The position numbers and the translations under genes were made by a program. Below the pieces are notes generated by a model. The model was given only the letters and a program-made list of their open reading frames with translations. It was not told the DNA's origin and did no database searches. Of a stretch of DNA of 64,000 nt, positions 1 to 13,080 are shown piece by piece; the first letter of the stretch is position 1; the number at the start of each line of letters is the position of its first letter. Source of the DNA: Paraphysomonas bandaiensis (taxonomy: Eukaryota > Protista > Chrysophyceae); NCBI GenBank assembly GCA_965644295.1, contig CBFFRP010000111.1, forward strand, positions 126,074 to 190,073. The letters are read 5' to 3'.

Positions 1-930
1 CGTTGGTCTTGAAGAAAGTGTAGGAGAGAGTAATAATTTTAACATTATCCATTGATGGGTCATCTGCAAATTCTGGGTCTATAAAGAAAAATACTGGCAT
101 GTCAATTTCTTCATGAGGTCCAATTCTCTGTTCTTCAAAGCAAAAGCACTGGATCTTGTTAAAGTATATTCCAGCTTTGGGAGGAAAGACATTATAAGTG
201 GCGACTCCCGTGATGGGTTTGTTAGTGGTATTTTTGACAGTGTAAAACGCTAACGCAGTTTCTCCTGGAACCAGCTAACAAACCATTGAAAAATGAATTA
301 TGCATCAATTAATAATACCTTTACGTTGGACTGAGTGGGTCGGAACTTCCAAGGAAGGGTGGAGTGAACAGATCCATCAAAATCAACACGAATCACACGA
401 CCACCAACCACCTTAGCACATATTCGAAATAAAGTAGTCAGAGATACTAATCATTTGAGCTTACCGGCTTAACAGTATTAGCCTTTGCCTCATCGGCTCG
501 TTGAGTGGTTCCACCAAACCCTGTCATCTAAAACACAATAAGGTATGTCTCATATGTACTAAAGTCAATCAAACGTACTTGACAGAACACCTTATACAAA
601 GGTACCGATGCGTAGGACACCCCAAATGTAAAGACTACGAATGCAGCGGCAATATACGCAACCTACACACAATCATAAGATACTAATCCGTAATACACAT
701 GACTTATCAACCTTTTTATGTTTCTCATTAATACTATCACTGTTTGGACCTTAATATACGATTCAATTAGTTATAATTCTATATATCTTATACATACCTG
801 ATGAATAGCAACGTCTGTTTCCCTTAATTATGTTATGTATAGTACTGTGTCCACGATACTTATGTATCACAATGCCACCTTTGCATTGACTAATAGATAC
901 ACGACGGAAAATAGGTCGTATTGTTAGCAT
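1..930 (-). CDS. COX11: Cytochrome c oxidase copper chaperone COX11 (multi-exon; 3' end runs just off the window start)
   Basis: Minus-strand translation of 1-275 gives GVATYNVFPPKAGIYFNKIQCFCFEEQRIGPHEEIDMPVFFFIDPEF...ITLSYTFF (CFCF copper motif). An upstream exon reads VGVSYASVPLYKVFCQ. ATG at 930 opens an Arg/Ser-rich mitochondrial-type presequence. Short GT-AG introns. Confidence 0.95.
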
Positions 931-1423
931 TCTATCTATTTACAGTATGATATATTGTTCCTTGGCAACTACTTTAAAATTAATTACATATGTCTAATTT
1001 TTATAAGTACTTGACAACACTACGCCTCCTGAAAATCCCTATTTTCTAGCCGTAGATTTCTATAAATGTTTAGTTTTGATGCTATGTACTCTGTATGTGA
1101 ATGGTATGGACATACAGTATTTTATAATACAAGTTGTAATTATCCAATCAAAACTATATATTACAAAATAAACTATTATAATTTGCTAATCATTCTTTCC
1201 CATCCAAATATACATACATATATGAACCATTCGACATGTTGGTCGTATTTAGGTAGGTGTGTATCACGTATCAATTGGTTGGTTCGTGATCCCTCACATC
1301 ACTCTGTATATATTTCTACGTATATCTTCATATATAATCTCATTGAGTGTTATTCATTCACAATATATAGACATATACATTCAATTATACTTTAAATAAG
1401 ATAGAAATTAAAGTAGTATAGAC
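931..1423. promoter_or_regulatory. Probable bidirectional promoter between divergent COX11 and NOP56
   Basis: About 490-bp AT-rich intergenic region between two head-to-head start codons. No specific element identified. Confidence 0.5.
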
Positions 1424-3451
1424 ATGTCGAGCACTAGTTTCAATGTGCTCTTTGAATCATCTGCTGGGTATGCATTATTCTCTATATTAGAGAGTGAAGA
1501 GATTGGCAGTCTGGTGAATGAGGTATACCCCTCATAATACATGTATTTATTAATTAAATATCATATATTTCCTTATAGGTTCAAGCGGGTATGACAGATT
1601 TATCAAGATTTCAAAGAATTGTTAAGATGACTGCATTTACTCCATTTTTAACGGCTGAGAATGCATTAGAGAATATTAACGCTATCTCTGAACATGAAAT
1701 CTCTGATGAATTACGAGTAATACCATTATGTATGACAATAACTATGTAGTTTATATAGTATGTATTGTAGTCATTTCTTGAATCGAATCTTCCAAAGGGA
1801 AAGAAAGCTACCAAGCATCCTCTTGGAGTGGTATGTGGTGTGTTTTCTCTTGTGTGAGCTGTAATTTGGGATATGCTTTGTTACAGATTGAGCCTGTGCT
1901 TGCCCAAGCCATTCAGGAGAATCTGGACATAGCATGTCGCTCGGACGAGACGGTTAGGGAGCTGATTCGTGGCATTCGCATGCACTTCACAAAGTTCGTG
2001 AAACCACTTGCTGGGGGTAACCTCGAGCAGTCTCAGCTCGGTCTTGGTCATTCCTATTCACGCTCTAAGGTACACACATCATGCACTATGTTACTACATT
2101 CTCAGCACAATAGATGCACTGTTTGTTTGCGCTTTACATGTTTATTTTATTCGTGTTTCACTTTAACTTGACCTTTAAAACAGGTCAAATTCAACCCCGG
2201 TAGGGCGGACAACATGATCATACAGTCCATTGCACTTCTAGATCAGCTTGATAAGGATCTCAACACTTTTGCAATGAGGGTGCGAGAGTGGTATGGCTGG
2301 CACTTTCCTGAGCTCAAGAGCATTGTCAGTGACAATTACCTTTATGCTCGTTGTGCGGCATTCATTCAGGTGAGCACATGTAGGAATGTGTAACTTTGAA
2401 TTTAGTACACGCTTTGTCTGTTAGCAGTATGCTAATTTGGTTCTGTCATTTTCTGTAGGACAAGTCCACACTTACAGATGACAAGATCCCCGGTTTAGAG
2501 GCTATTTTGGGAGAGGAAGCGGATGCGAAAGCCATTGTAAAGGCAGCCAAGGCATCTATGGGTATGGACACCTCTGAGCAAGACATGGCCAATATTCTTG
2601 TCTTCACCGAGCGTATGGTGGCTCTTGCGCAATATCGCAAGGAGCTCTACGCCTATCTGGAAGAGAAGATGTCCACTGTGGCGCCCAACCTCTCTGCACT
2701 GATTGGGGAAACTGTCGCTGCTAGATTGATCCAGAAAGCTGGTTCTCTCACCTCGCTTGCGAAGTGCCCGGCTTCCACGGTACAGATTCTTGGAGCAGAG
2801 AAGGCTCTTTTCCGGTGCGTGTTTTTGGCTGTTTTATATATTACCTATCGTATTTATCATAATGTCGATTTCAATTGACTTCATTTTTACAGTGCTCTGA
2901 AGACTAAAGGCAATACCCCCAAATATGGCATTATATACCATTCGTCATTCATCGGTCGTGCCTCAGCCAAGAATAAAGGCCGCATATCTCGTTACCTGGC
3001 CAACAAGTGTTCTATCGCCTCCCGTGTAGATTCCTTTATTGATGAGCCGACCAGTGCCTATGGTAACCAGCTTAGGGAGCAGGTCGAAGAGAGGCTTAAT
3101 TTCTATGACACCGGTGCCGCACCGCGCAAGAATGTAGACGTAATGACTGCAGTCTCTCAGAAACTACGCGAACTATCAGGTGACGCCGGGACCGACGACA
3201 AAAAGAAATCAAAGAAGAAGAGGAAGGCTGATGAGATTGAAGAAGTGGTGCCTGCTGTGGACGAGTCGAAGGAAAAGAAGAAGAAGAAGAAAAGCAAGGA
3301 GGCTGCTGTCGTTGAAGTTGAAGTGACTAATGAAGAGCCAAAGAAGAAAAAGAAGAAGCCTACTCCAGAAGTTGAGGCAGCTCCTGCTGTTGAAGAGTCT
3401 GCGAAGAAAAAGAAGAAGAAGAAGGTACGCTCTCTGGCATCCCAAATGTAG
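1424..3451 (+). CDS. NOP56: Nucleolar protein 56 (box C/D snoRNP core), multi-exon
   Basis: Exons encode [30 protein letters not shown]|[59 protein letters not shown] and [16 protein letters not shown], plus a KKE/D-rich tail. The GHSYSR/VKFN pattern favours NOP56 over NOP58. Confidence 0.95.
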
Positions 3452-3839
3452 GTCGTAACAAACATATGTAGGACAAAAGCGCTTAATTCAGCGAGACTCA
3501 CTATTTTGCTGAAATGACGCAATTTTAGTTTTAATGAAATACTGATTCACGCCGTGAATTTATTTTCGTTGAACCTATCACTTGGAGTACAGAGCGATGG
3601 ATCAAAATTCGTTCGTCAAAATTCGTTCTGATATTTCTCGCGCCATATAGTAGCTATACAGTTGTAGTCAGTTGGTAGGATAACTGTATTTCTGCAAGAA
3701 TCGCTCTGTGTTGAGTGAATGCAATAACTTTAATTGGATTTATAATAAATAATTGTAGTTTCCTCAAGAGAATCGGCGAAGTATTGATCAAACGTAGCAG
3801 CGTGCTGCAATGAAATTATACAAACATACAGAGTTAAAC

Positions 3840-6088
3840 CAGGGCCTGGTTACAATTAGTGGTAGTCCAGCTCCCGGCAATTATAATGGCATTTCCAATA
3901 ATGTCTAAGTAGACAATACCGATCATATAGATTCGTAACTACTTCTCGCTCTCTCCTGGCACATCAGGATCTTCTTGCAGGGCTTCATGGAGGGCATAAG
4001 CATCCCAACATGTAATTGGCTCGTAGGAATAGCAACGATTCTAGACGATATGGATTCATGTTTCTACGCTCATATGTCATAATTAACTTTGAACGACTAC
4101 AGCCCCTGAACAACAACATTTGATTGTGCTTCGATAAGAAGCAAGCAGCGGTAGCTGGACTCATATAGATACCAAGTCGAGCTCTCTTGGTGACCTCGGC
4201 GCTGTCCAGAACACCCTGTGCAAAAGCAAATTGTCACTCTTAAACATCTTTAGATCTTTCATCAAGGTATGCCAGTTTTCTCGCGCTCAGTGTCAGAAAA
4301 CAAACAAACGAAGGAAGGTGACTCGGTGGCCTGACGAATTCACTCCCCTCAACAAAGTCGGACTCGCACCTTTTCGTGGTGTTCTGGGGGATAAGTACCG
4401 GAGAGATTCTCTCTGGGAAACTAACGTGAGCCGCAAACATAGTCAGCAGATATTGTTCTGCCCACTCATAGCCAAATGCTTGTGTGGTACAAGGGACACT
4501 AATAAGTGTCACTTGTGTAGACGTCTTTGGGCCCTGACGAATAAACAGGCATCCGGGAATGGGCCCACCTCAAGGGCATCCGGGACAGGGCCCACCAGAA
4601 GGGTAACCGGGGTATTGGGCTGCCTGCTGAAGTTAAGCATCCGGGATGTTCACCTTAAGAACTCAAAACACCTGAAGTCAGCAGATGTCAGGTATATCAA
4701 CATTCTGCTTGCTCCCTGCGTTTGCTTTGAGTGATTGATGCTGAGTATGAGTTCACATTATTCGGTATCTGTGTGGCCAATGACCGAGGTAATGCGTCAA
4801 ACTTTCCTCATGGATGCATGGCAATGGCAATGATGTGATTAGACCTGTCATGTCTTCTCACACGTCTACTGCCTAGTCTTGGTTTCTCCTGACCCAGGTC
4901 ATTGAGATTATATCAAGGCTCTGGCACTGTTCTCCAAGCAGTGTCAGGTACATTTGTGATGCTTTTATGTTATTCTTGCTTAGTAGGTTTTCATCCGAGC
5001 GGGGAAGGTGCACGGTTTCCTACTAGTGTAAGTCACTCGGGAGAAGAGTGCAAGGTGGATGCATGTGCTGGACGAGTGCACACAATGGAGGGAAGATATT
5101 GGAGTCAGCTTGAATTTGTAACAGATTTTGGTAGATGTCTGTTTCATGCGTCAGTGTGCAAAATTGCACCAGTGAGACCGCTTCGTGACCGTGGGAGGAC
5201 CCGGCGCTATAGAGCTACTTTATTCTCCCTTCCAGACTACCTGCTGCTGTGAACACCACCTTGAAGAGGGCCCTAAAGATCTGCCGCATATACAGGAGAC
5301 ATATGCCGAAGACACCGACCGCAAGTTGTTTGTGTTAGGACAAGTAGATTGGGCAGGAGCGTATGATCCGGCTTAAACACGCAACTCGTCGTATGCCCAT
5401 GTAGCTAACTAAATCGTGTTGTATAGTTGAGCACTTGTCGGTGCATGCAATAGTAACTTGATGAGAGTCATGTTATGCATAGTGTCGCGCGAGTTGTTAG
5501 GTTGGTCGCGGCAACGCACAAGCTTGCGCTTCTTAATAATCAGATTTTCAATTGACGAATTCACTCAGAAAAAGGCTCTGTATGTTACACTGCCGTCAAT
5601 TTTTATGGCCATCATCATTGCTTATTAATATATGGTATAATTACAAAGTACAATTATTTTGTTTAGTTGTGTACTGCATCTCCTTTCAACTTTGGGAAAA
5701 ATAATATTTTTATGAATGTTTGCTTCAACGTGAAATGTGCATATTTTGAGTATGAGTAAGTTGCTCTGTTGTTGCTCAGGAAGCTATTTTCTAATTCTTA
5801 TAGCATTAAAATTGCCTCTGCTGATACTGAATAAAGTTACTACCAAGTAGCTGTAGAGTTGCATGAACATTGCCGGGACATTTCTCAGTAATGCCATTAT
5901 AATTGCTGGGAATTGGACTACCATTGATGGACCATTAATGGCATTCCATTAATAGAATGTACTGGTACTTGATATATATATGCTATATATAGAACTAAGT
6001 GAAATCTAAACAATATGCTACAATTATAATGGCATTACCATTAATGGCCATTAATGCCATTACCAGTAACGGTTACTAGTAGGCCCTG
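3840..6088. mobile_element. Degenerate hAT-like TIR DNA transposon
   Basis: Ends are CAGGGCCT...AGGCCCTG. A subterminal inverted segment (tggtagtccagctcccggcaattataatggcat near 3860) matches its reverse complement near 5890-5925. The flanking 8-mers agttaaac/agctatac match 6/8, like a decayed 8-bp TSD. No intact ORF. Confidence 0.45.
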
Positions 6089-6612
6089 AGCTATACATAT
6101 TGAGTTTTGGTCGTTAAAAGAAGTTATGTCGTTAGAAAAGGTAGATCATTTTATGTCAACCACTGATAAACTTCCGTATCATGAATCGTCATGATACTTC
6201 ATATTCACAGTAGCTATATGGTATTTTTTGACTAGTAGTGAATGTCTGATTAGGCGTCGTTTAAGATTCAAATCAATTTAACATACTACTGTTTAACTCT
6301 GATATCCTACTATTTAACACTACGAAAGCTGCTTCTGCGTCACCGCAAGCACCAGCAACAACTTTCGCTCTATCACTCAAAGCAAACGCACTGAGCAAGC
6401 AGAATGTTGATATATTGACATTTTCAGACTTCAGGATTTTTGAGTCCTTTAAGTGAATAGCCCGGATGCTTGTCTACAGCAGGCATCCCGATACCCCGAG
6501 TGCCTGTTAATTCGTCAAGGCCCAAAGACGTCTACATTAGTGACATATTTGTGACTCTTGTACCACACAAGCATTTGGCTATGATAGGGCAGAAAATTAT
6601 CTGCTGACTAAA
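4440..6612. repeat. Diverged inverted repeat pair (~4440-4740 vs ~6365-6612) of an unclassified dispersed repeat
   Basis: agtcagcagata...gccaaatgcttgtgtggtacaag...gtagacgtctttgggcc...gcgtttgctttgagtgat appears in reverse complement at 6365-6612 with many substitutions and one indel. Confidence 0.8.
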
Positions 6613-7134
6613 TGTATGCAGTTCAGGTTGTTGAAGGACACAGCAAGTCACTTCCAGTTTCGTCCAGCCACTCATTCTTCACCTCAGCAGAGAGCAGAGA
6701 TATCCTGGGTCGCTAATGAACTCTGCTAGGTATTACAGCGACTGCTGGAAGAACTGAGCGATGATACTTTTAAACGGTATAGTCCGATACTGTGGGCTGT
6801 TGTTCTGATAATGCCAGTGTAACAAACACTCTGTGCAGATGAAGATATCAACAGTGCCACAACCGTCAACCTTTCTCGCACAGGCTTTCACACCTGTTTG
6901 ACGTTAACTTAATTATTAATTATTATCAGATATATTGCATATTGCATAGCTTCACCCGTGGAGTGAACTCAATACGTTAAGTTATAATAAATTCTCGCAT
7001 AGTACTGCAAGGAGTAATACCACAATAAAAGATATACTTTAATTATCATCATTAAACATAGCTATATATAACATAATGTTTATAAGACGGTATCACAGCA
7101 CAGTCATTTTAATGAGTACAATATCGCAATCAAA

Positions 7135-8979
7135 CTATCTGAGCGCATACGGCGTATACGTCGACAGTATACTGTCATGAATCAAATTACTTAGGAACCG
7201 ATGATGGGCTCTTTCTGCACCAACTTCTCCACGTCCTGTACAAAGAATACATATCAAAACAACACAGTATATATAAGCAGAGAGTGTACTTAGTTTTTCC
7301 CCTGACATCCACCGCATTACTCAGATCTTCTAGAAAATCTGCAATCTAAGACAGTTTACGACCATTGGTGAGGTTCAATGTAGACTTAGCGAAAACATAT
7401 TCTCAATACACCGCAATACATACATAAAGCAATAAATATTCAAATTATAGGGCAATATATCACTCTACCTGCCACATTTCAACATCTTTGAGGTCATCAA
7501 TAAAAGACCCACAATCTATCGCATTTTCTAACATAACATGTTAGAAAATATGAATAAGAATTTAGAAATAGGTCACTCAATTTACATGTCATGGTATTAC
7601 TAGTATCCTCACCTGGATGGAATATATATGACATCGGCGAATTATCAACTATGATGCACTGTGATATCTCTCGGTTAAGAAGGGATAAGTCCTTCACATA
7701 GTGCCCTAAATAAAGCCGAAATGATGTCATTACATTTACTAAGGTAACAAAACACCTTCAAAATATACACAGCTCTCTCTGAATAAACGAGTAGATATGA
7801 CATTGTGAATATCCAATTGGTCCAGAAGTGGGTCAGCGTATTTACTCAATGAAGCTGTATAAATGACGATCTGAGAAAGGTCACAAACAAAGGAGGGTAA
7901 GCACATGGCGCTCTAAAAGATCTATGATAACCTCATATTTCTCGCCCATTCGTCGCATAAACTCGTCTACACCTGCAGAAAGCGTTCATGCAAAAGTATC
8001 ACTAAAGTGCCTCCTACCTGGGCGCTTCAGAACATATACATTGTGTACGACACCGTCGATATTTACTGGAATAGTGAAGTCAGCGTTCTCAACGTACTGT
8101 TGAAAACGCGTTGGAACAGTGCATGAACACGACAGCAATATTGGATACCTCAAATGAGCTGTGCACTAGGGTTTCATCGAGATCGAGAGCAAGACATTTT
8201 TTTCCAGCGAATTGGGGCGACGGATCGCTCATCAGCTGGGTCTGACCAGATATACTCGTTCTTTTTGACCTGAATATCAGTTGCTGAGAAACCGGCGGGC
8301 ATAGGATTGAGCAATGATTGTATTGACGGAAAGTACCTTGAATGGGTAATGCGCGGAGCCTTCACTAGTTGAGTACTGCGTTTATTAGTCCCTTTGTCAC
8401 GGCAGAAGCAACAAAACATCTGTTTCCATAGGGGGTGTTTCGGCGGCGGAACGTTGTCAACTTTATCACTATCCACCGTTTTGTGCTGAAAGAAATAGCC
8501 GTCAAAGCGTATATGAATCGTCGATATCAGTACCACTCGTACAGACTTTGCTTTCCCGTCCTTATCAGTCTGTGTGATTATATCTGAATCGTATGGTATC
8601 GTCTGTGCATTCGAATTGGTAGACGCCTTATATCTGCTCTTATCTATTATCATAAATCAGAAGAAAAATACAATTTCTGCAGTTTCAAACCATCCGCAAC
8701 ATCCGCAGTACGGCCTATAGAAGAAATGAAAACATATGAGAGGCATAAAAGAGGTTCACCAGTCGACTCTGTGGCCGTATCTGAGATATCATCTAGTTGA
8801 CGAGAAAATATAACTGGATTCACCATTTCTGATAAGATTATCACACATTTATTTATATAAATCATTAGAGTTTATAAGTACCTTCATTATCTGTCTTAGA
8901 GGGGGATGTTTTAGTACTTTTTCTCCCTGTTATGAGTGGATTTAAGTGGTATGAACATATATATACACTAACCGGACAT
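7135..8979 (-). CDS. CTD small phosphatase / NIF (FCP1-SCP family HAD phosphatase), multi-exon
   Basis: Exons encode [17 protein letters not shown] (DxDxT), VYVLKRPG|[21 protein letters not shown] and [35 protein letters not shown] palmitoylation-like motif lies upstream. Start codon and last exon are approximate. Confidence 0.9.
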
Positions 8980-9643
8980 TATATCAGGAAAAAACCTGTT
9001 GTAGTATGATGATACTAAGTGATATACTTAGTAATGATGAGATTGTATTGTATTGTGATTGGTAATGCAATTGAATTGGTAGGAGATGAAATAGTTTGCA
9101 ATTGGCTCAACATTGCACTGGCTATAGTATATATACAGGCGTTTACAGTATATAAACACCTGTACAGATACATATACATGGTCACGTACACATACACATA
9201 CACCGTCCACTACATACACTGCTGTGTGTACAGAGAAGATATCTATCCAACACTGTATACATTCAGGAGTACCATATATATATTCTAAATACTCTAATTT
9301 TAGAGTACTAAATAGTTGAAAACCCACCTTTTCAGTGTTTAAGTATAGAAAACTAAGGAAATCCGGCTTAAACTTCAGTTTCTACACTTTGTATTGAGGC
9401 CACTAATTATGGTGAAGACATAAAACAAAAAGACAAAAGACATTTTTTCAGCAGAATTGTTTTTGTCCAGGTGCGAATGGAGCTGGAATTGCGCAGACAG
9501 AAAGACAAAAGACAAAAACATGGATTTTGTGTTTGAATTTGAATTTCTGTTCATTCATACTCGCTTGTTCTCACTGAATGCATTGTGAATCAGAGCATTA
9601 GCATTATAACACAAGTCACAAGTGACAGTGTAAAGTTTATAGT

Positions 9644-10723
9644 ATGATATTTCGCGTGGGTACATTGTCCCGAAAGTACTTAGTATACAAAAAGGAGAAA
9701 ACATCCTTCATCAAACAGCTTGTGAAGAAAACTCGAGCGTCCTCTGAGGATCGTATAATTGCAAGAAGAAATGTGTATGAACGTATTGACTACGATGACA
9801 CGCCATGGGGCCTCCTGCTGAGGGATGCAAGGATAAGAGACCCAACAACTCGTGAAGGTATGACTTCTGGTACTGTTTTATATATCACGTGACTCTGCAT
9901 CAGGCAAGCTTTTCAGAACGCGTTTTCGAGTTCCGTATCAAATGTTTCAAGAAATAGTCCTATGGGCTAAAGATTCCTCACTTCGTAAGAATAAGTTAAC
10001 AGGGCAACCCATCGCTGATACTGACGCGATAGGTATTTTCCTGTTTAGAATATTTGAGGTTGTTTGAACTGTGTATTCTAGGTCGTAAAAGTGAAGAATA
10101 CACATGACGACAACGAAGAGGAGATAAAGGGTTTATATTTCATTTGTGATGGAGGATATCATAAATGGAGGTGCATGCAGTGTCCAGTTAAAAATACATC
10201 TGCCCATGACCTCAGAATCTGGTCAAAGTGGCTAGAATCGGTTCGCAAGGACATCGAATGCACATTCGGTATACTCAAGGGGCGTTTTCGAATTCTAAAA
10301 ATTCCTATTCTGCTTCAAAGTAAAGAGGAAATTGACAATGTATTTTTCACATGCTGTTGTCTACACAATGAGATCATGAGGGATGATAACTTGTTTAAGC
10401 TGTGGGAGCAGGGTGTGGAATGGAATGGACCAGATGGATTTCATGATTTATGCGACATAGATAAAGCATTTAAAGTTCACAGAGAAAATAACGGTAAGTT
10501 GAAAGAAGTTGTGCTTAGAGTACAGAGAGACACAGATCTAACAGATCCCAAACATCGATGTGGTACATTGTTTGATACAGTTGAAGCTGTACGTACTGAA
10601 GTTGAAAATGAGCACACTGTCCTCAGAAATAAATTTGTTAACCATTTCATGCGTATGTGTAGTGATAAAACTGTTAACCATTTCATGCGTATGTGTAGTG
10701 ATAAAACTGTTGTATGGTCATAA
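9644..10723 (+). pseudogene. Harbinger DDE transposase remnant
   Basis: GLYFICDGGYHKWRCMQCP...WSKWLESVRKDIECTFGILKGRFRILK...VFFTCCCLHN, with N-terminal KLFRTRFRVPY. The segment between these that should hold the first catalytic Asp is missing. There is an in-frame 36-bp tandem duplication near the 3' end. Confidence 0.85.
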
Positions 10724-10930
10724 TTAAAAACTGATTTGTTTCATAAGTACAGTTGATTACTTAGCTCATGCAATTAACATAGCAAATAGCATATTATTAT
10801 GCAGTAATTATAGTATAGCTGATGCCAACATGTGATTATATGCTATAACTAGAATTGCATTGGCATTTTGATAATCTTTCAATCGGAAACGATATCCGAG
10901 AGGTCCACAGAGTTCTCAATGACAGAAGTC

Positions 10931-11590
10931 TCAGGAGAGTCGCAAGTAAATTGCAGCATGTGAGGTGTGCTGCTCGTTGAGTTCGATGTTATAGTAAACA
11001 TAGTAAACCGGAAACATAGTAAAATAATATCTGAACTCCTCCATACGATTGTGACGGGCTGTCATTCTGACCTCATATTCTCCTATGCTATTAGAATCTC
11101 CTTCCGAATAACCAGACTCCTTCAAGCTCTTATTGCGCTGCTCCTTTCTTCATTTCGAACCTTTTGGTATCTTTTCTTGGGGTTTCTCACTGGAAGGACC
11201 ATTACCGACAATAACTTTGAAACCATCCCAATAATGTTCCCCAGCTGGTAGGCCTACTTGCATGAACACAATAAAATCGATCGGACCAAGATAACTACCA
11301 TTGGGGTCAAATGGCTTGGGGTTGCTGTCATTATTATCATATAACTCGCCTCCCGAATTTGTGCTAGAGCTCTCCTTTTCACCCTTTCAGCTTCTTTACG
11401 ATTCCAGGAGAGCTCCAACGTCTTTATGAGCAACTCCCTCATCTGTACGCCGGACGGTATTGTTCCGTTGCTCTGCAATCGTCGTGGTCTTGACACCATG
11501 GGTCTCCATGCCTGCCAAAGCAATAGCAAGCTTCTGCCAATGTTTGAGACTGTAAATCATTGCGATCTGTGCTGTTTATCAGGCATATAA
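10931..11590 (-). pseudogene. Harbinger second (accessory, putative DNA-binding) gene remnant
   Basis: Convergent ORF fragments with stops and frameshifts inside the TIRs (GTIPSGVQMRELLIKTLELSW...). A two-gene layout is typical of PIF/Harbinger. Confidence 0.55.
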
Positions 11591-12354
11591 GCCCTAATTA
11601 GTGCTCTATTGTGTAAAAATGTCTTCCACTCTTGATTTATGTCTTCGAAGACAAAAAGACATAAATTTGCTCATATTTATGTCTTTTTGTCTCCCGAAGA
11701 CAGAAAGACATTTTGTCTTTTGGTCGATTTCTGTCTTTTGTCCTCCCATAATTCCTGCTTTTCATGCCAGGAAGACAAAATGTCTTCCGTCTTTTTGTCT
11801 TTTGTCTTCACCATAATTAGTGGCCTGATAGAATTCTATACAAACATAAAATTCTAATAAAAAAAATTGGTGTACAGTTCTGTGTATGTGTCTATGTATA
11901 GTGTAGCGTACTGTACATGTCGACTCTCCCTGTACTGCTGTACAGCAGTGTGTATATGTACAGATTGACAGATGTATATGGGACTCTATGTACTGCTGTA
12001 CAGGAGTATGTATATGTAGAGATGTACATATAGATGTTCCATTCCTATTGAACTCTCACTATATATACATACACACACTGCATATAACATCACCCCCCCT
12101 CCCTCCCTCTCTCTCTATATATAAGCAACATCATATTAATCAGATCTATTTTCAATACACTCTATACCCCTTAAACCTCATGTTCTAACTACCCCTCTCT
12201 TAATCTAATCACCACCTCTATCATCTCCATACATATGACTGTATACACACCTTAAATAACACTCATATCACAATCATATAACCATAATCTCATAATTCAA
12301 TTCAATACTGTGTATATATCTATAAATAAGGGAAAAATAACAACAACAAACAAT

Positions 12355-13080
12355 ATGAATCATACATTAAGAAATAGTGTGATAAGATACAGTGAAGCAC
12401 GCAGTGGATTTCGTCGTAGACTTCAATTGATCGCTTTAGCATGCTGCAGTAGCACACTTTTAATGTTAATGTTGTATGCATACCTTTTTGACTCTAATAA
12501 TGATAGTAAAGAAACTAATGGGAAGAAATCTCCAGAATCGAACAAATATTTCTATGTACTGTTACTGGTGTTGTTTGTATCGTTATCAGTCGTGAACATT
12601 ATTCGACAAATATATCTGAGATTACTTGGACAGATGGAAGCAGAAGGAAATAGTGCAAGTCATAATGTGGAATATCTGGAGGCTCAGAGTATTGGGCGAT
12701 TACTGAGGATGAATAGTCGCGACATGCTAGGCCCACGCGGTATCTCCCGCTTACACCTTGCCCTTATGAGACGGCAGAGGGACTTCACTGGAGATGATTA
12801 TGAAATGTTGCAACAGTTGGACGAAGGGGTCACTACCGGGAAGCCGAAAGGTGCTACTGAAGGTGAATTATTACGGTTTCCCACACATACGCTGACTGCT
12901 CGAGACGTGGAGTCTTCTCATGCAGAGTCGAAAGAGTGTTCGATTTGTCTGGAACCATTTGAGCAAGGAGAAGTGGTCAAAATTATTCCTTGTCTACATA
13001 GGTTTCATCAGAATTGTATTGACACTTGGCTTAGAAGTCAAGCAATATGCCCTGTCTGTAAATTCTCTGCCGTAGAGTAG
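12355..13080 (+). CDS. Transmembrane RING-H2 E3 ubiquitin ligase (SDIR1-like architecture)
   Basis: Two hydrophobic segments, RDFTGDDYEMLQQLD, and a C-terminal CSICLE...IPCLHRFHQNCIDTWL...CPVCK (C3H2C3). First ATG at 12355. Confidence 0.9.
   Translation: MNHTLRNSVIRYSEARSGFRRRLQLIALACCSSTLLMLMLYAYLFDSNNDSKETNGKKSPESNKYFYVLLLVLFVSLSVVNIIRQIYLRLLGQMEAEGNSASHNVEYLEAQSIGRLLRMNSRDMLGPRGISRLHLALMRRQRDFTGDDYEMLQQLDEGVTTGKPKGATEGELLRFPTHTLTARDVESSHAESKECSICLEPFEQGEVVKIIPCLHRFHQNCIDTWLRSQAICPVCKFSAVE

Larger units (their letters stand above)
9398..11825 (+). mobile_element. PIF/Harbinger DNA transposon, internally deleted
   Basis: TIRs ggccactaattatggtgaagaca / tgtcttcaccataattagtggcc, with the 3-bp TSD TGA on both sides (9395-9397, 11826-11828). 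Contains transposase remnants on + and a convergent second gene on -. Confidence 0.92.

Noticed and set aside
1523-2892. Intronic snoRNAs in NOP56
   Set aside because: The introns are short (about 35-115 bp) and no paired C/D boxes were evident.
3157-3522. Poly-Phe/Leu minus-strand ORFs
   Set aside because: Antisense shadow of the Lys-rich NOP56 tail.
8174-8340. Apparent frameshift in the CTD phosphatase
   Set aside because: Explained by a GT-AG intron at about 8271-8336.
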